64,000 nucleotides of DNA from Calditrichales bacterium. Lineage in GTDB: Bacteria > Calditrichota > Calditrichia > Calditrichales > J004. Made by a program: the position numbers and the translations under genes. The stretch lies in contig OZ254086.1 of assembly GCA_965267575.1 (NCBI GenBank), positions 4,352,001 to 4,416,000 of the forward strand. Direction: 5' to 3'. Shown here one piece after another: positions 9,346 to 18,203 of this stretch (position 1 is the stretch's first letter; every line of letters starts with the position of its first letter). Below the pieces are notes generated by a model that searched no databases, was not told where the DNA came from, and saw nothing but the letters and a program-made list of their open reading frames with translations.

Positions 9346-10401
9346 ATGAAGAGATATATCTACTTACTCGTGATCTGCCTGCTGCCTTTGCAGGCTCAAA
9401 ACCGCTGGGAAAAACTTGTCGATCTTTCCGGCATGTGGAAATTTGAACTGGGCGACGATAATGCCTGGATAGACCCGCAGTACGATGACACGCGCTGGGA
9501 CAAAATTTATGTCCCCTCCAGCTGGGAAGACGAGGGATTTCCCGGCTATGACGGCTTCGCCTGGTACCGGCACAGTTTCCGGCTGGAAAAAAACGAGCTG
9601 CCGCAAAAGGGCACCATTTACCTGCGTCTGGGGTATATTGATGATTGCGATGAAGTATATCTGAACGGCAACTTTATCAACGGCAGCGGTACTTTTCCGC
9701 CCGATATCCAAACCGCGTATAATGTGGATCGTATTTACACCGTGAACAGGGAATTTCTCAATCCCGGTGGCGAGAATGTGCTGGCTGTGCGCGTTTTTGA
9801 TACGCACCTGGACGGCGGAATCCTGCGCGGGCGCATCGGGCTTTACCGCGATCGTGCCGAGCTGATTCCGGACATGGACCTCACCGGCCGCTGGCTGTTT
9901 AAAATCGGAGATTTTCCGCAATGGGCCGAACCGCGTTATGATGACAGTAATTGGGATACGATCGCCGTGCCCGGATTCTGGGAAGGTCAGGGTTACGAGA
10001 ATTACGATGGATTTGGCTGGTACCGCCTGCGTTTTAACATAGATCCTTCCTTGCGCGATGAAAGGCTCATTCTGGTGCTTGGCAAAATTGATGACTTTGA
10101 TGAGGTCTTTCTTAATGGCGAGCGTATCGGGCGCACGGGCACGATGCCCGACGGCTGGAACGACGCCAATCTTGGAGATACTTACCGCGAAGATCGTGTT
10201 TACGTGCTGCCCAAGGAAGCTATCCGCTTTAACGCTGAAAACGTACTCGCCGTACGGGTGTATGACGGCTACCTCGATGGCGGCATCTACGAAGGACCGG
10301 TTGGCATCATCACGCGCGACCACTACCTGGCCTGGCGCGAACGCAGCGGAAAGAAAGTCTCCATATTCGAACGCCTGTTTGACGCTTTTTATCACGATTA
10401 G
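9346..10401 (+). CDS. Secreted protein with two tandem beta-galactosidase jelly-roll (GH2 sugar-binding-like) domains
   Basis: Signal peptide; internal duplication of DLxGxWxFxxGD...YDDxxWDxIxVP..WE..G...YDGFxWYR...LGxIDDxDEVxLNG...NVLAVRVxD...GGI. Confidence 0.85.
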   Translation: MKRYIYLLVICLLPLQAQNRWEKLVDLSGMWKFELGDDNAWIDPQYDDTRWDKIYVPSSWEDEGFPGYDGFAWYRHSFRLEKNELPQKGTIYLRLGYIDDCDEVYLNGNFINGSGTFPPDIQTAYNVDRIYTVNREFLNPGGENVLAVRVFDTHLDGGILRGRIGLYRDRAELIPDMDLTGRWLFKIGDFPQWAEPRYDDSNWDTIAVPGFWEGQGYENYDGFGWYRLRFNIDPSLRDERLILVLGKIDDFDEVFLNGERIGRTGTMPDGWNDANLGDTYREDRVYVLPKEAIRFNAENVLAVRVYDGYLDGGIYEGPVGIITRDHYLAWRERSGKKVSIFERLFDAFYHD

Positions 10402-10521
10402 ATTTCCATTTGGGAAACATATTAAGGCACTCCCCCGTTTTGACCGATTGTTAGCGCAACACAAACTATTTTAGATTCATAAATCGGCACGGTTGAACGC
10501 GTAGAGGAGCCGCCACTTTTC

Positions 10522-11088
10522 ATGCCCGATCAAAACAATCTGACACTTATTCTTAACCAGGCTGCGGCAGGTAACAAAGAGAGCCTCGACCGGCTGCTGC
10601 CCCTTATCTATGATGAGCTTTACCGCCTGGCGCAAAGCAAACGGCGCAAAGAAGGCGCCGCTATTACGCTTAATACGACTGCCATGGTCCATGAAGCTTA
10701 CCTCAAACTCGTTGACCAGAAAAACGTCGACTGGAAAAGTCGCTCACACTTTTTTGCCATCGCCGCCACCATGATGCGCCGCATTATTATCGATTACGCG
10801 CGGGCACGGAACGCGCAAAAGCGCGGGGCTGAGCAAACGGTGATCACGCTCAATGAACAACAAATGGCGATCAGTGTGCCTGCGGAAAACATCCTGCAGG
10901 TGGATGAAGCATTAACCCGGCTGGCCCAAACCGGGGAACGCCGCGCCAAGATCATCGAATACTGGTTTTTTGTGGGGCTCAACCACCAGGAAATAGCCGA
11001 TCTGCTGAATATCTCCACGGCAACGGTACGCCGCGAATGGCGACTGGCGCGGGCCTGGTTGGCACGTTTCATGAAAGAGGACGGCTGA
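10522..11088 (+). CDS. ECF sigma factor, Ser/Thr kinase-associated type
   Basis: LLPLIYDELYRLA, TTAMVHEAYLKL, HFFAIAA, MRRIIIDYAR and TVRREWRLARAWL. Confidence 0.92.
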   Translation: MPDQNNLTLILNQAAAGNKESLDRLLPLIYDELYRLAQSKRRKEGAAITLNTTAMVHEAYLKLVDQKNVDWKSRSHFFAIAATMMRRIIIDYARARNAQKRGAEQTVITLNEQQMAISVPAENILQVDEALTRLAQTGERRAKIIEYWFFVGLNHQEIADLLNISTATVRREWRLARAWLARFMKEDG

Positions 11089-13538
11089 TGGACGAGCAGC
11101 GCCGGCAAAAAATAGAAGAGCTTTTTGAGCAGGCCCTGGAGCTTGAGCCGGAGCAGCGCGCCGCTTTCCTTGAAAAGGCCTGCGCGGGAGATGATGAACT
11201 GCTGGCCGAAGTGCAATCTTTGCTGGATGCTGAAGAGAATCTGCCGGATTTTCTTGAAGCGCCGCTGGTGGTGGAGCAAAGTATCAATAACTGGCAGGAT
11301 AAGAACATCGGGCCGTTCCGCGTGATCCGCGAGCTGGGCCGCGGCGGTATGGGCATGGTCTTTTTGGCCGAACGCGTTGGCGCCGGTTTTGAACAAAAGG
11401 TGGCCTTAAAGCTGGTCCAGCCCGAAATCGGGAAGACCAACCTGCACGAACGCTTTGAATCGGAGCGGCGCATCCTGGCGCGGCTGCAGCATCCCCATAT
11501 CGCCCGCTTATATGACGGCGGCATCAGCGAGGACGGTATTCCCTATTTTGCCATGGAATACATCGAAGGACGGCCGCTTGATGTTTACTGCGATGAAATG
11601 AAACTCTCGCTGCGCAAACGTCTGGAGCTTTTCCTTGATGTTTGCGAAGCCATGCAATACGCCCACAATAACCTGGTCATCCATCGTGACCTGAAGCCCT
11701 CCAATATCCTGGTGACGGAAGAAGGCCGCGTCAAAGTGCTGGACTTTGGTATTGCCAAGATTGTGGAAGACAGCGAATTGCCGGATGTGGAAATTACCAT
11801 GGCCGGGCAGCGCTTTATCACGCCGGCCTACGCGTCACCGGAGCAGATCGCTTATGAGCCGGTAAGCACCGCCAGTGACGTTTACTCCCTGGGCATGATC
11901 CTCTACCGCCTGCTTTCCGGGTTAACCGCCTACGAGATCACCACCCATTCACCGATCGAACTGCAGCGCCAACTGGAAAGCCAGAAAATCGAGCGCCCCA
12001 GCCGCCGCCTGCGCCAGAGCGGAGAGACACTGCAGGATGACATCAGCCGCAACAGGCGTCTTTCGCCCGGTGCACTCTACCGGCAGCTTAAAGGCGATCT
12101 GGACCATATTGTTTTAAAATGCCTGCACAAACAGCCCGCGCGGCGCTACGGTCAGGTATCGCACCTGGCGGCAGATATCCGCCGTTACCTGGGCGGCCGA
12201 CCCATAAGCGCGCGTCCGGAAAGTCCGTTTTACATCGCTTCGCGTTTTGTTGCGCGCAACCGTAAGGTGTTAACAGCCGCCGTGTTGGTTGTATTGTTCT
12301 CCGTGTTGCAGCTATACTTTTACACGCAAAACCTGCGTCGCGAAAAAGAAAAAGCCGAGCAGGTGGCCGGACTGCTTACGCGCGTCTTCGAAGCGGCCGA
12401 TCCCGAAAACAGTAAGGGTGAGGACATTACGGCCAGAGAGCTGCTGCAAGCCGGAACGGCAAAGGTGCGCAACACGCTCTCCGGTCAGCCGGACATCAAG
12501 GCGCACATGCTGCGGCTGTTGGGCAAAATAAACCTGAACCTGGGGGCTTTCAGTTCTGCCGATTCCTTGTTTGAACAGGCGCTGGCACTTTACCGGGAAA
12601 ACAATCTGCCACGGGACAGCCTGTACGCGCGCATACTGGTGTACAGCGCCGAAACGGCCGTTTTAAAGGATCAGTTTGCAAGGGCCGATTCACTTTTGGG
12701 CGAGGCCGATGCTGTTCTGGAAAAACTGCTGCCGGAGGCATACGATCTGTTCATAACCGCCAACAATTACCGCGCTTTTCTGAACAACACCCGCGGCGAC
12801 TTCAAAAAGGCGGAATCGCTCTACTGGAATTCCGTGCATTATCTGAAAGAGCATTACGGGGAAGAAGACAGCTGGCTGGGAACAACCTATAATAACCTGG
12901 GGCTGGTGTATCACAACGCCGGCAATCACCCCAAAGCGGATAGCCTTTACCGGCTGGCCATTAAGGTGCAGGAAGCTAGTCTGGGGCCGGTGCATACCGA
13001 GCTGGCCGACAGCTATTACAATTTTGCCCAGGTGGCCCGCGATATGGGCAACTACGCCCTCTCCGAAAGCCTGTTTACCAAGGTTCTGGAAATGGACCGC
13101 ACGCTGTACGGAGACAATCACATAAATATCTCCTACACCCTCAACGGCATCGGCAACCTGCAGGTGAAGCAAAACAAGTTGCAGCAGGCCGAGAAAAACT
13201 TCCGCGAAGCCTTGCGCATACGCGTTGCCACGCACGGGCTGGATCATTCCAACGTGGGCTACTGCTGGCGCAACCTAGGACACGTAAAGCGCGCCAAAGC
13301 GCAATATGACAGCGCCGCCCATTACTACAACCTGGCCCTGCAAAACCTGCAGACATCGCTGGGCCCGGAGCACGCCGATGTGGCACGCATCTATCGCAAC
13401 CTGGGCGGGTTGTTCAGGGAAACAGGCAACAAAAACCTGGCCCGGCAATACTACAATCAAAGCCTGACGGTTTTTCTAAAAAGCTTCCCGGAAGAGCACC
13501 GCCTGGTGCGGGAGCTCAAGGAACAGATGGCGGAGTAA
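11088..13538 (+). CDS. Membrane Hanks-type Ser/Thr kinase with C-terminal TPR repeats
   Basis: GRGGMG, VALK, HRDLKPSN, DFG and YASPEQ motifs; one TM segment; TPR repeats. Start overlaps the sigma stop (TGATG at 11086-11090). Confidence 0.93.
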   Translation: MDEQRRQKIEELFEQALELEPEQRAAFLEKACAGDDELLAEVQSLLDAEENLPDFLEAPLVVEQSINNWQDKNIGPFRVIRELGRGGMGMVFLAERVGAGFEQKVALKLVQPEIGKTNLHERFESERRILARLQHPHIARLYDGGISEDGIPYFAMEYIEGRPLDVYCDEMKLSLRKRLELFLDVCEAMQYAHNNLVIHRDLKPSNILVTEEGRVKVLDFGIAKIVEDSELPDVEITMAGQRFITPAYASPEQIAYEPVSTASDVYSLGMILYRLLSGLTAYEITTHSPIELQRQLESQKIERPSRRLRQSGETLQDDISRNRRLSPGALYRQLKGDLDHIVLKCLHKQPARRYGQVSHLAADIRRYLGGRPISARPESPFYIASRFVARNRKVLTAAVLVVLFSVLQLYFYTQNLRREKEKAEQVAGLLTRVFEAADPENSKGEDITARELLQAGTAKVRNTLSGQPDIKAHMLRLLGKINLNLGAFSSADSLFEQALALYRENNLPRDSLYARILVYSAETAVLKDQFARADSLLGEADAVLEKLLPEAYDLFITANNYRAFLNNTRGDFKKAESLYWNSVHYLKEHYGEEDSWLGTTYNNLGLVYHNAGNHPKADSLYRLAIKVQEASLGPVHTELADSYYNFAQVARDMGNYALSESLFTKVLEMDRTLYGDNHINISYTLNGIGNLQVKQNKLQQAEKNFREALRIRVATHGLDHSNVGYCWRNLGHVKRAKAQYDSAAHYYNLALQNLQTSLGPEHADVARIYRNLGGLFRETGNKNLARQYYNQSLTVFLKSFPEEHRLVRELKEQMAE

Positions 13539-13665
13539 GGTACTTATACCATTTTAGTACTTTCAATTAAATTGCTTATAAAATCTAAAAGAACATAATA
13601 AATTCTTGGCTTTTGTTTGAGGGCTAATTGTTAGTGACTTAAACAGTATAAAAGGTTCAATTAAA

Positions 13666-14649
13666 ATGCTTACTAGAGAAGAACGAAGGGAGATACATAA
13701 ACAAATTGGAAAAATTCAGAAAAAATTAAACAAGGAACGATTTATTTGCCTCTACCCAAAGTGTCTGAACAAAGCGATATTATCTCATTCACAACAAAGA
13801 GAGGGTCAATTAAGGGCTATTGCAGATAATGGAATGGTATACGCAATCGACCGAAATATATATGGCAGATTAAAAGCATTTGGGAAAGAACCGGCATTAA
13901 GGTTAAAGAAGGTAGGAATATCAGAGGCTTCAACATTTTCGGGTTTTTGTGAATATCACGATAGAGAGTTGTTTGCTCCAATTGAACTTAAACCACTAAG
14001 GGCGAATAATCGTGAACAAGCTTTTCTGATCTATTTACGCTCCTACTCATACGAATATTTACAGAAATTAAAGATGAGGATATTTCTTTCAAGATATCTT
14101 GAAAAATGCTATCACGTATTACCACAAGAAAATATTTCTGACATCCAAGCAATAAAAATGGGAATGGATCATTTTGTCGACGATGAAGCCCCGGTCTCAT
14201 TTGAAAAGCTCTTTTATGCATTAAGCAATAAAAAGTTTTCGATAGTCAATTGCTGGTGGAAAATAATCAATAAAAACATTCTAGTCTCGTCGAGTTGTTG
14301 TATGTCTCCTTTATTTGAAAAACACTTTGAACACAGAATAAACAATTGGGACTTGCCACAACCTATTATCTCGTTCAACCTTATTCCTGCAAAAGATAAA
14401 ACCGATATTGTATTCGTCTGGTTATCAGAGTTCGACGAACTTGTCGAGTGGATAAATAACTATGATAATACGGAAAAAACCGAGCGCCTAATAAATCATT
14501 GTGCATTTGCGGAATCAGAAGATACTTGTATAAATATTCCTCTATGGGAGGAGGCACCCATATTAATACAGGAACAAGTACTCAATGCAATTCGACATTA
14601 TATTTATCGAGGTAGTTTAGCTACTGGACCTATTTTGGTTAAACTTTGA
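13666..14649 (+). CDS. AT-rich hypothetical protein with a Cys/His metal-binding pattern
   Basis: 327-aa ORF with CLYPKC...SHSQ...GFCEYHD. Composition is much more AT-rich than the flanks. Confidence 0.7.
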   Translation: MLTREERREIHKQIGKIQKKLNKERFICLYPKCLNKAILSHSQQREGQLRAIADNGMVYAIDRNIYGRLKAFGKEPALRLKKVGISEASTFSGFCEYHDRELFAPIELKPLRANNREQAFLIYLRSYSYEYLQKLKMRIFLSRYLEKCYHVLPQENISDIQAIKMGMDHFVDDEAPVSFEKLFYALSNKKFSIVNCWWKIINKNILVSSSCCMSPLFEKHFEHRINNWDLPQPIISFNLIPAKDKTDIVFVWLSEFDELVEWINNYDNTEKTERLINHCAFAESEDTCINIPLWEEAPILIQEQVLNAIRHYIYRGSLATGPILVKL

Positions 14650-14718
14650 TATGCCACAAATTACAGGTAAGCTATTTTAGAATTGGAGTTTATTTATGTG
14701 GCTTCTAAAGTCGGTTTA

Positions 14719-15282
14719 TTAACGAAGCCCCTCCACCCTATCCCAATACCTCCCCCGTATCTCCTTCCACTCCATTTTAAACCAGGGCGAGTAGCTCTCT
14801 GGATTATTCATTAGCTCCTCATCCAGTTCATCCGGCGTCACCCATTTCCAGGCGGCAATTTCGGTGGGGTTTACTTTCGGGTCGCTGTTGTTGCTGCCGA
14901 TGTAGACGGAGCACAGCTCGTGTTCGCTGCCCTTTTCGCCAAAGCGGGCGTGGTATTCAAATTTATAGAGATACGTCAGTTCCGCGCTGAAGCCCAGCTC
15001 CTCTTTCAACCGTCGCTGCGTGGCGATCTCGTTGCTCTCGCCTTTACGCGGGTGGCTGCAACAGCTGTTGGACCAGTACAGCGGCCAAAGACGCTTGCTT
15101 CCGTGACGCTGCTGCAAAAGCAGGCGCTTGTTGTCATCAAAAATAAAAATGGAAAAAGCACGGTGCAGGATGCCATCCCCGTCATGGCATTCCGCTTTGG
15201 ATTTCCAGCCCAGTTCGTTGTCATTTTTGTCAACCAGTATCAGCAATTCACTCTCAAAAGAAACAATATTGTCGGCGCTCAT
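14719..15282 (-). CDS. idi: Isopentenyl-diphosphate delta-isomerase, type I
   Basis: LHRAFS, WSNSCCSHP, RRLKEELG and EHELC. Start moved to ATG 15282 (GGGGAG RBS). Confidence 0.95.
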   Translation of the reverse strand: MSADNIVSFESELLILVDKNDNELGWKSKAECHDGDGILHRAFSIFIFDDNKRLLLQQRHGSKRLWPLYWSNSCCSHPRKGESNEIATQRRLKEELGFSAELTYLYKFEYHARFGEKGSEHELCSVYIGSNNSDPKVNPTEIAAWKWVTPDELDEELMNNPESYSPWFKMEWKEIRGRYWDRVEGLR

Positions 15283-15295
15283 TATTCTCCCCTGT

Positions 15296-15694
15296 TTAAG
15301 CGTCATCCTCGTCTTCGGTATCTTCGCCCATGCGGCGCAGCATATCATAGACCATCTGCAGCATACGCGCGTGGCGTTGGCGCAATTCGGCGTAAATGCG
15401 GCTTTTCTCACTGCCTTTGCGCGCCAGGGCATGGTCGCTGCTCAGCTCCATCAACGCCTCATGACTGTTGGCGTTGTACAGGCCGTCCTTAAAGCCCTGA
15501 TCAAACACATCCTGCACATTTATTTTTTTTGCCGGATCCTTCAATACGCTGTTTAACACCGCAGCCGCCATATCTGTCGTGGTTACAAATTTATCAATCG
15601 CCTGCTGACGGCTTTCCTCGGTCTCCTTTTCCGTCAACAGAAAATGGAGCTGGTGCAGATTTTTCTTAAATAATTCCAGTTCTTGTGATTCCAT
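15296..15694 (-). CDS. Hypothetical protein (132 aa, probably helical)
   Basis: Intact ORF co-oriented with the mevalonate genes; stop lies 13 bp before the idi start. No motif recognised. Confidence 0.65.
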   Translation of the reverse strand: MESQELELFKKNLHQLHFLLTEKETEESRQQAIDKFVTTTDMAAAVLNSVLKDPAKKINVQDVFDQGFKDGLYNANSHEALMELSSDHALARKGSEKSRIYAELRQRHARMLQMVYDMLRRMGEDTEDEDDA

Positions 15695-15708
15695 AAAAAT
15701 CCCGATAA

Positions 15709-15924
15709 GTGGATTGGTGAATTAGTGCATTGTTGAATTACTGAATTAATGAATTGATGGTCTGGGGTTCTGCCGATGTGAGCAGCCCCCCTAAGCCCTC
15801 CCGGGAGGGGAATTACAGTATCTTTTATTTCCCTTTTACATGAACACCAGAATACCTGAATACGTGAACACATTTCCGCAAAAACTTAACACCTTAACAC
15901 TCTAACACATTAACACCTTAGCAC
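15709..15924. repeat. Three different degenerate 8-bp tandem arrays plus a 14-bp palindrome
   Basis: 6x NTGAATTR (15709-15756), CCCTCCCGGGAGGG (15796-15809), 4x NTGAAYAC (15840-15871), 5x NTTAACAC (15885-15924). Confidence 0.85.
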
Positions 15925-15926
15925 GA

Positions 15927-18182
15927 TTATTCCAGATCAAACACCATCGCCCGGTAGCCGGCTTTCTTGATGGCCTCTGCAACATCTTCGCTGTTTTCGG
16001 GGCAGAGAGCAATGGCCGCTCCGCCGCCGCCGCCACCGGTCAGCTTTGCGCCAAGTGCGCCGTTGTTGCGGGCAATATCGACGATCTCCTCAATCTCGCG
16101 TGACGAGACCTGTAAGGCGTTGAGCAGACCGTGGTTAATATTCATCAGCTCGCCGAGCAATGGCAAATCGTAGTATTCAATCGCCTTAGCAGCCTGCTTG
16201 ACGATGTCGCCGATTTCACTGAAAATGCGCTCGTACAGTTGCGGATGCTTCTCCCACGATTTGTTAACTTTGGCCACCATTTTGGCTGTCAGGCTCTCCT
16301 GCCAGGTCAAACCCACCACGACGCGCAGCGGCTGCGGCAGTGTAATATTCTCCATAAAAGGAGGATCGCCTTTTTTAAAGCGGATAAAACGTCCGAATGT
16401 GGCCAGCGTGTTATCGATGCCGGAGGCCTTGCCGTGAACAATGATCTCCGACTCGAACGAAAGATCACGGATCTGCTCGTCGCTCATTTTCAGCTTGTAG
16501 TGCTGGTCCAGCGCGCGAATAATGGCCACGGCCAATGCCGCCGATCCGCCCAGGCCCATGGCCCGCGGAATGTGCGGGAACACTTCGATCTTCATATCGC
16601 TTTGGTGCAGATCCAGCCTGTCCAGGATCATATCCAGCGATTTAAAAATAGAGTATTTATGATCGACGCCCCGTTGCAGGCGCTCTTCCACACCCCAGCG
16701 CGGAATGATCAGGTGCACGCCGTCTTTGTCGCTTTCGCTCACCTTGGCTTCCATGGCCAGCGGCACCGGCGCGGCGATCGCCTCACTGCCATAGACGACG
16801 GCGTGCTCGCCCAATAAAATTACCTTGCCGTAGCCCATGGGCAAAGCAGGTTTTTCCGCCACGGCAGCTTCCTTTTCCTCTACCGGCGTTTGCGCGCTGC
16901 TTTCCAGTGATTCGATGATCTCTTTGGCTTTCCAGATTTTTATCTCGCCGGTATCGATAAGCTGTTCGACGACGTTTTCAAAAATTTCCGGCGCTGCGCC
17001 CGCTGCCATGGCCACACTTCGGGCGTGTAAACTCATGTGCCCCTGCTGGATTCCTTCCGTTGCCAAAGCGCGTATGGCGGCCATATTCTGCGCCAGCCCC
17101 ACCGCACCGATCAGTTCGGCCAGTTCATTGGACGATGAAATGTCCAGAATACGGTTAAGGACCGGAACCATCGGATTGCTCTGCAGCGAGCCGCCCACCG
17201 TGCCCACGCGGATGGGAATTTCCAGGTAGCCTTCCAGATCGCCTTTGGCGTTTTTGGTCCATTTTGTAAGCGATGTATATTTGCCGCCCCGTGCCGCGTA
17301 GGCATGGGCCGCCGCTTCCGCCGCGCGCCAGTCGTTGCCCGTGGCGATGATCAATGGATCGATGCCGTTCATGATGCCCTTGTTGTGCGTTGCCGCGCGA
17401 TAGGGATCGGCGATAGCAAAATCATTGGCCAGGATAATGCCGTCACGCACCTCCGGCCCGCTGAAGCCTTTGCCGGCCAGCAATTCCACCGGGATGGTAC
17501 AGCGCGTCCGCACCAGCGAACGGTCGGTCAGGTTGGATAAAATGCGCAGGAAAACCTCGCCACCGCTTATTTTTTCAATCAGGGAAGCGACGCCTTCGCA
17601 CATGCTGTTAACCAGGTTGGCGCCCATGGCATCGCGCACATCAACCAACAGGTGTACAATCACCATATCCCCGTACTCTTTGCCCGAAGGCAGGATGCGC
17701 ACTTCCACGTCCCTTGCGCCGCCGCCGCGTGCCACCATATTGGGATGCAGGCTGTTGGCCAGGTTGATGATCTCTTCCTTGTTCTGCAAAATGGCCTGCT
17801 TGGCGCTGGAAGTATTCTTAACGTTCACCACCTGGATCTGACCAATCAGGATGGGATCGCTGCTCTCGCTTTTAAAACCGCCGGCTTCGCGCACGATCTT
17901 GGCCACAAAACTCACCGCGGCCACAATCGAAGGTTCTTCCACCACCATCGGCACGACATATTCTTTGCCGTTTACGAGAAAATTAAGCCCCATGCCCACC
18001 GGCAATCCAAACGATCCCACCACATTTTCGATCATCTTGTCCGCGTCCGCGGGCTTAAGTAGTCCATGACCGTTTTTTATGAACGTATGGTCCTCGTCGC
18101 TCAGCCAGCCCTGCTCTTCAAGCAGGCGCAACCGTTCTCGGATACTGAGCTTGTAAAAACCGGGAATTCGCGCGTTTTTCAT
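15927..18182 (-). CDS. mvaA: Class II HMG-CoA reductase fused to mevalonate kinase
   Basis: N-terminal ENVVG, DAMGAN, HNKGIMNGI and GIQQGHMSLH. C-terminal GKVILLGEHAVVYG, GLGGSAA, HGKASGID and KLTGGGGGG. Confidence 0.93.
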   Translation of the reverse strand: MKNARIPGFYKLSIRERLRLLEEQGWLSDEDHTFIKNGHGLLKPADADKMIENVVGSFGLPVGMGLNFLVNGKEYVVPMVVEEPSIVAAVSFVAKIVREAGGFKSESSDPILIGQIQVVNVKNTSSAKQAILQNKEEIINLANSLHPNMVARGGGARDVEVRILPSGKEYGDMVIVHLLVDVRDAMGANLVNSMCEGVASLIEKISGGEVFLRILSNLTDRSLVRTRCTIPVELLAGKGFSGPEVRDGIILANDFAIADPYRAATHNKGIMNGIDPLIIATGNDWRAAEAAAHAYAARGGKYTSLTKWTKNAKGDLEGYLEIPIRVGTVGGSLQSNPMVPVLNRILDISSSNELAELIGAVGLAQNMAAIRALATEGIQQGHMSLHARSVAMAAGAAPEIFENVVEQLIDTGEIKIWKAKEIIESLESSAQTPVEEKEAAVAEKPALPMGYGKVILLGEHAVVYGSEAIAAPVPLAMEAKVSESDKDGVHLIIPRWGVEERLQRGVDHKYSIFKSLDMILDRLDLHQSDMKIEVFPHIPRAMGLGGSAALAVAIIRALDQHYKLKMSDEQIRDLSFESEIIVHGKASGIDNTLATFGRFIRFKKGDPPFMENITLPQPLRVVVGLTWQESLTAKMVAKVNKSWEKHPQLYERIFSEIGDIVKQAAKAIEYYDLPLLGELMNINHGLLNALQVSSREIEEIVDIARNNGALGAKLTGGGGGGAAIALCPENSEDVAEAIKKAGYRAMVFDLE

Positions 18183-18203
18183 AGTACAATCCTCATACTC
18201 TTT

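Noticed and set aside
9364..10464. 366-aa antisense ORF over the jelly-roll gene, and similar long antisense ORFs (e.g. 30907-31863, 39819-40640, 44138-45124)
   Set aside because: Each fully overlaps a well-supported gene on the opposite strand and has no recognisable features.
15283..15432. N-terminal extension of idi in the ORF track
   Set aside because: It overlaps the upstream gene; ATG 15282 has a good RBS and gives the normal IDI length.
15709..15924. Possible CRISPR array
   Set aside because: Units are 8 bp with no spacers, and there are no cas genes in the window.
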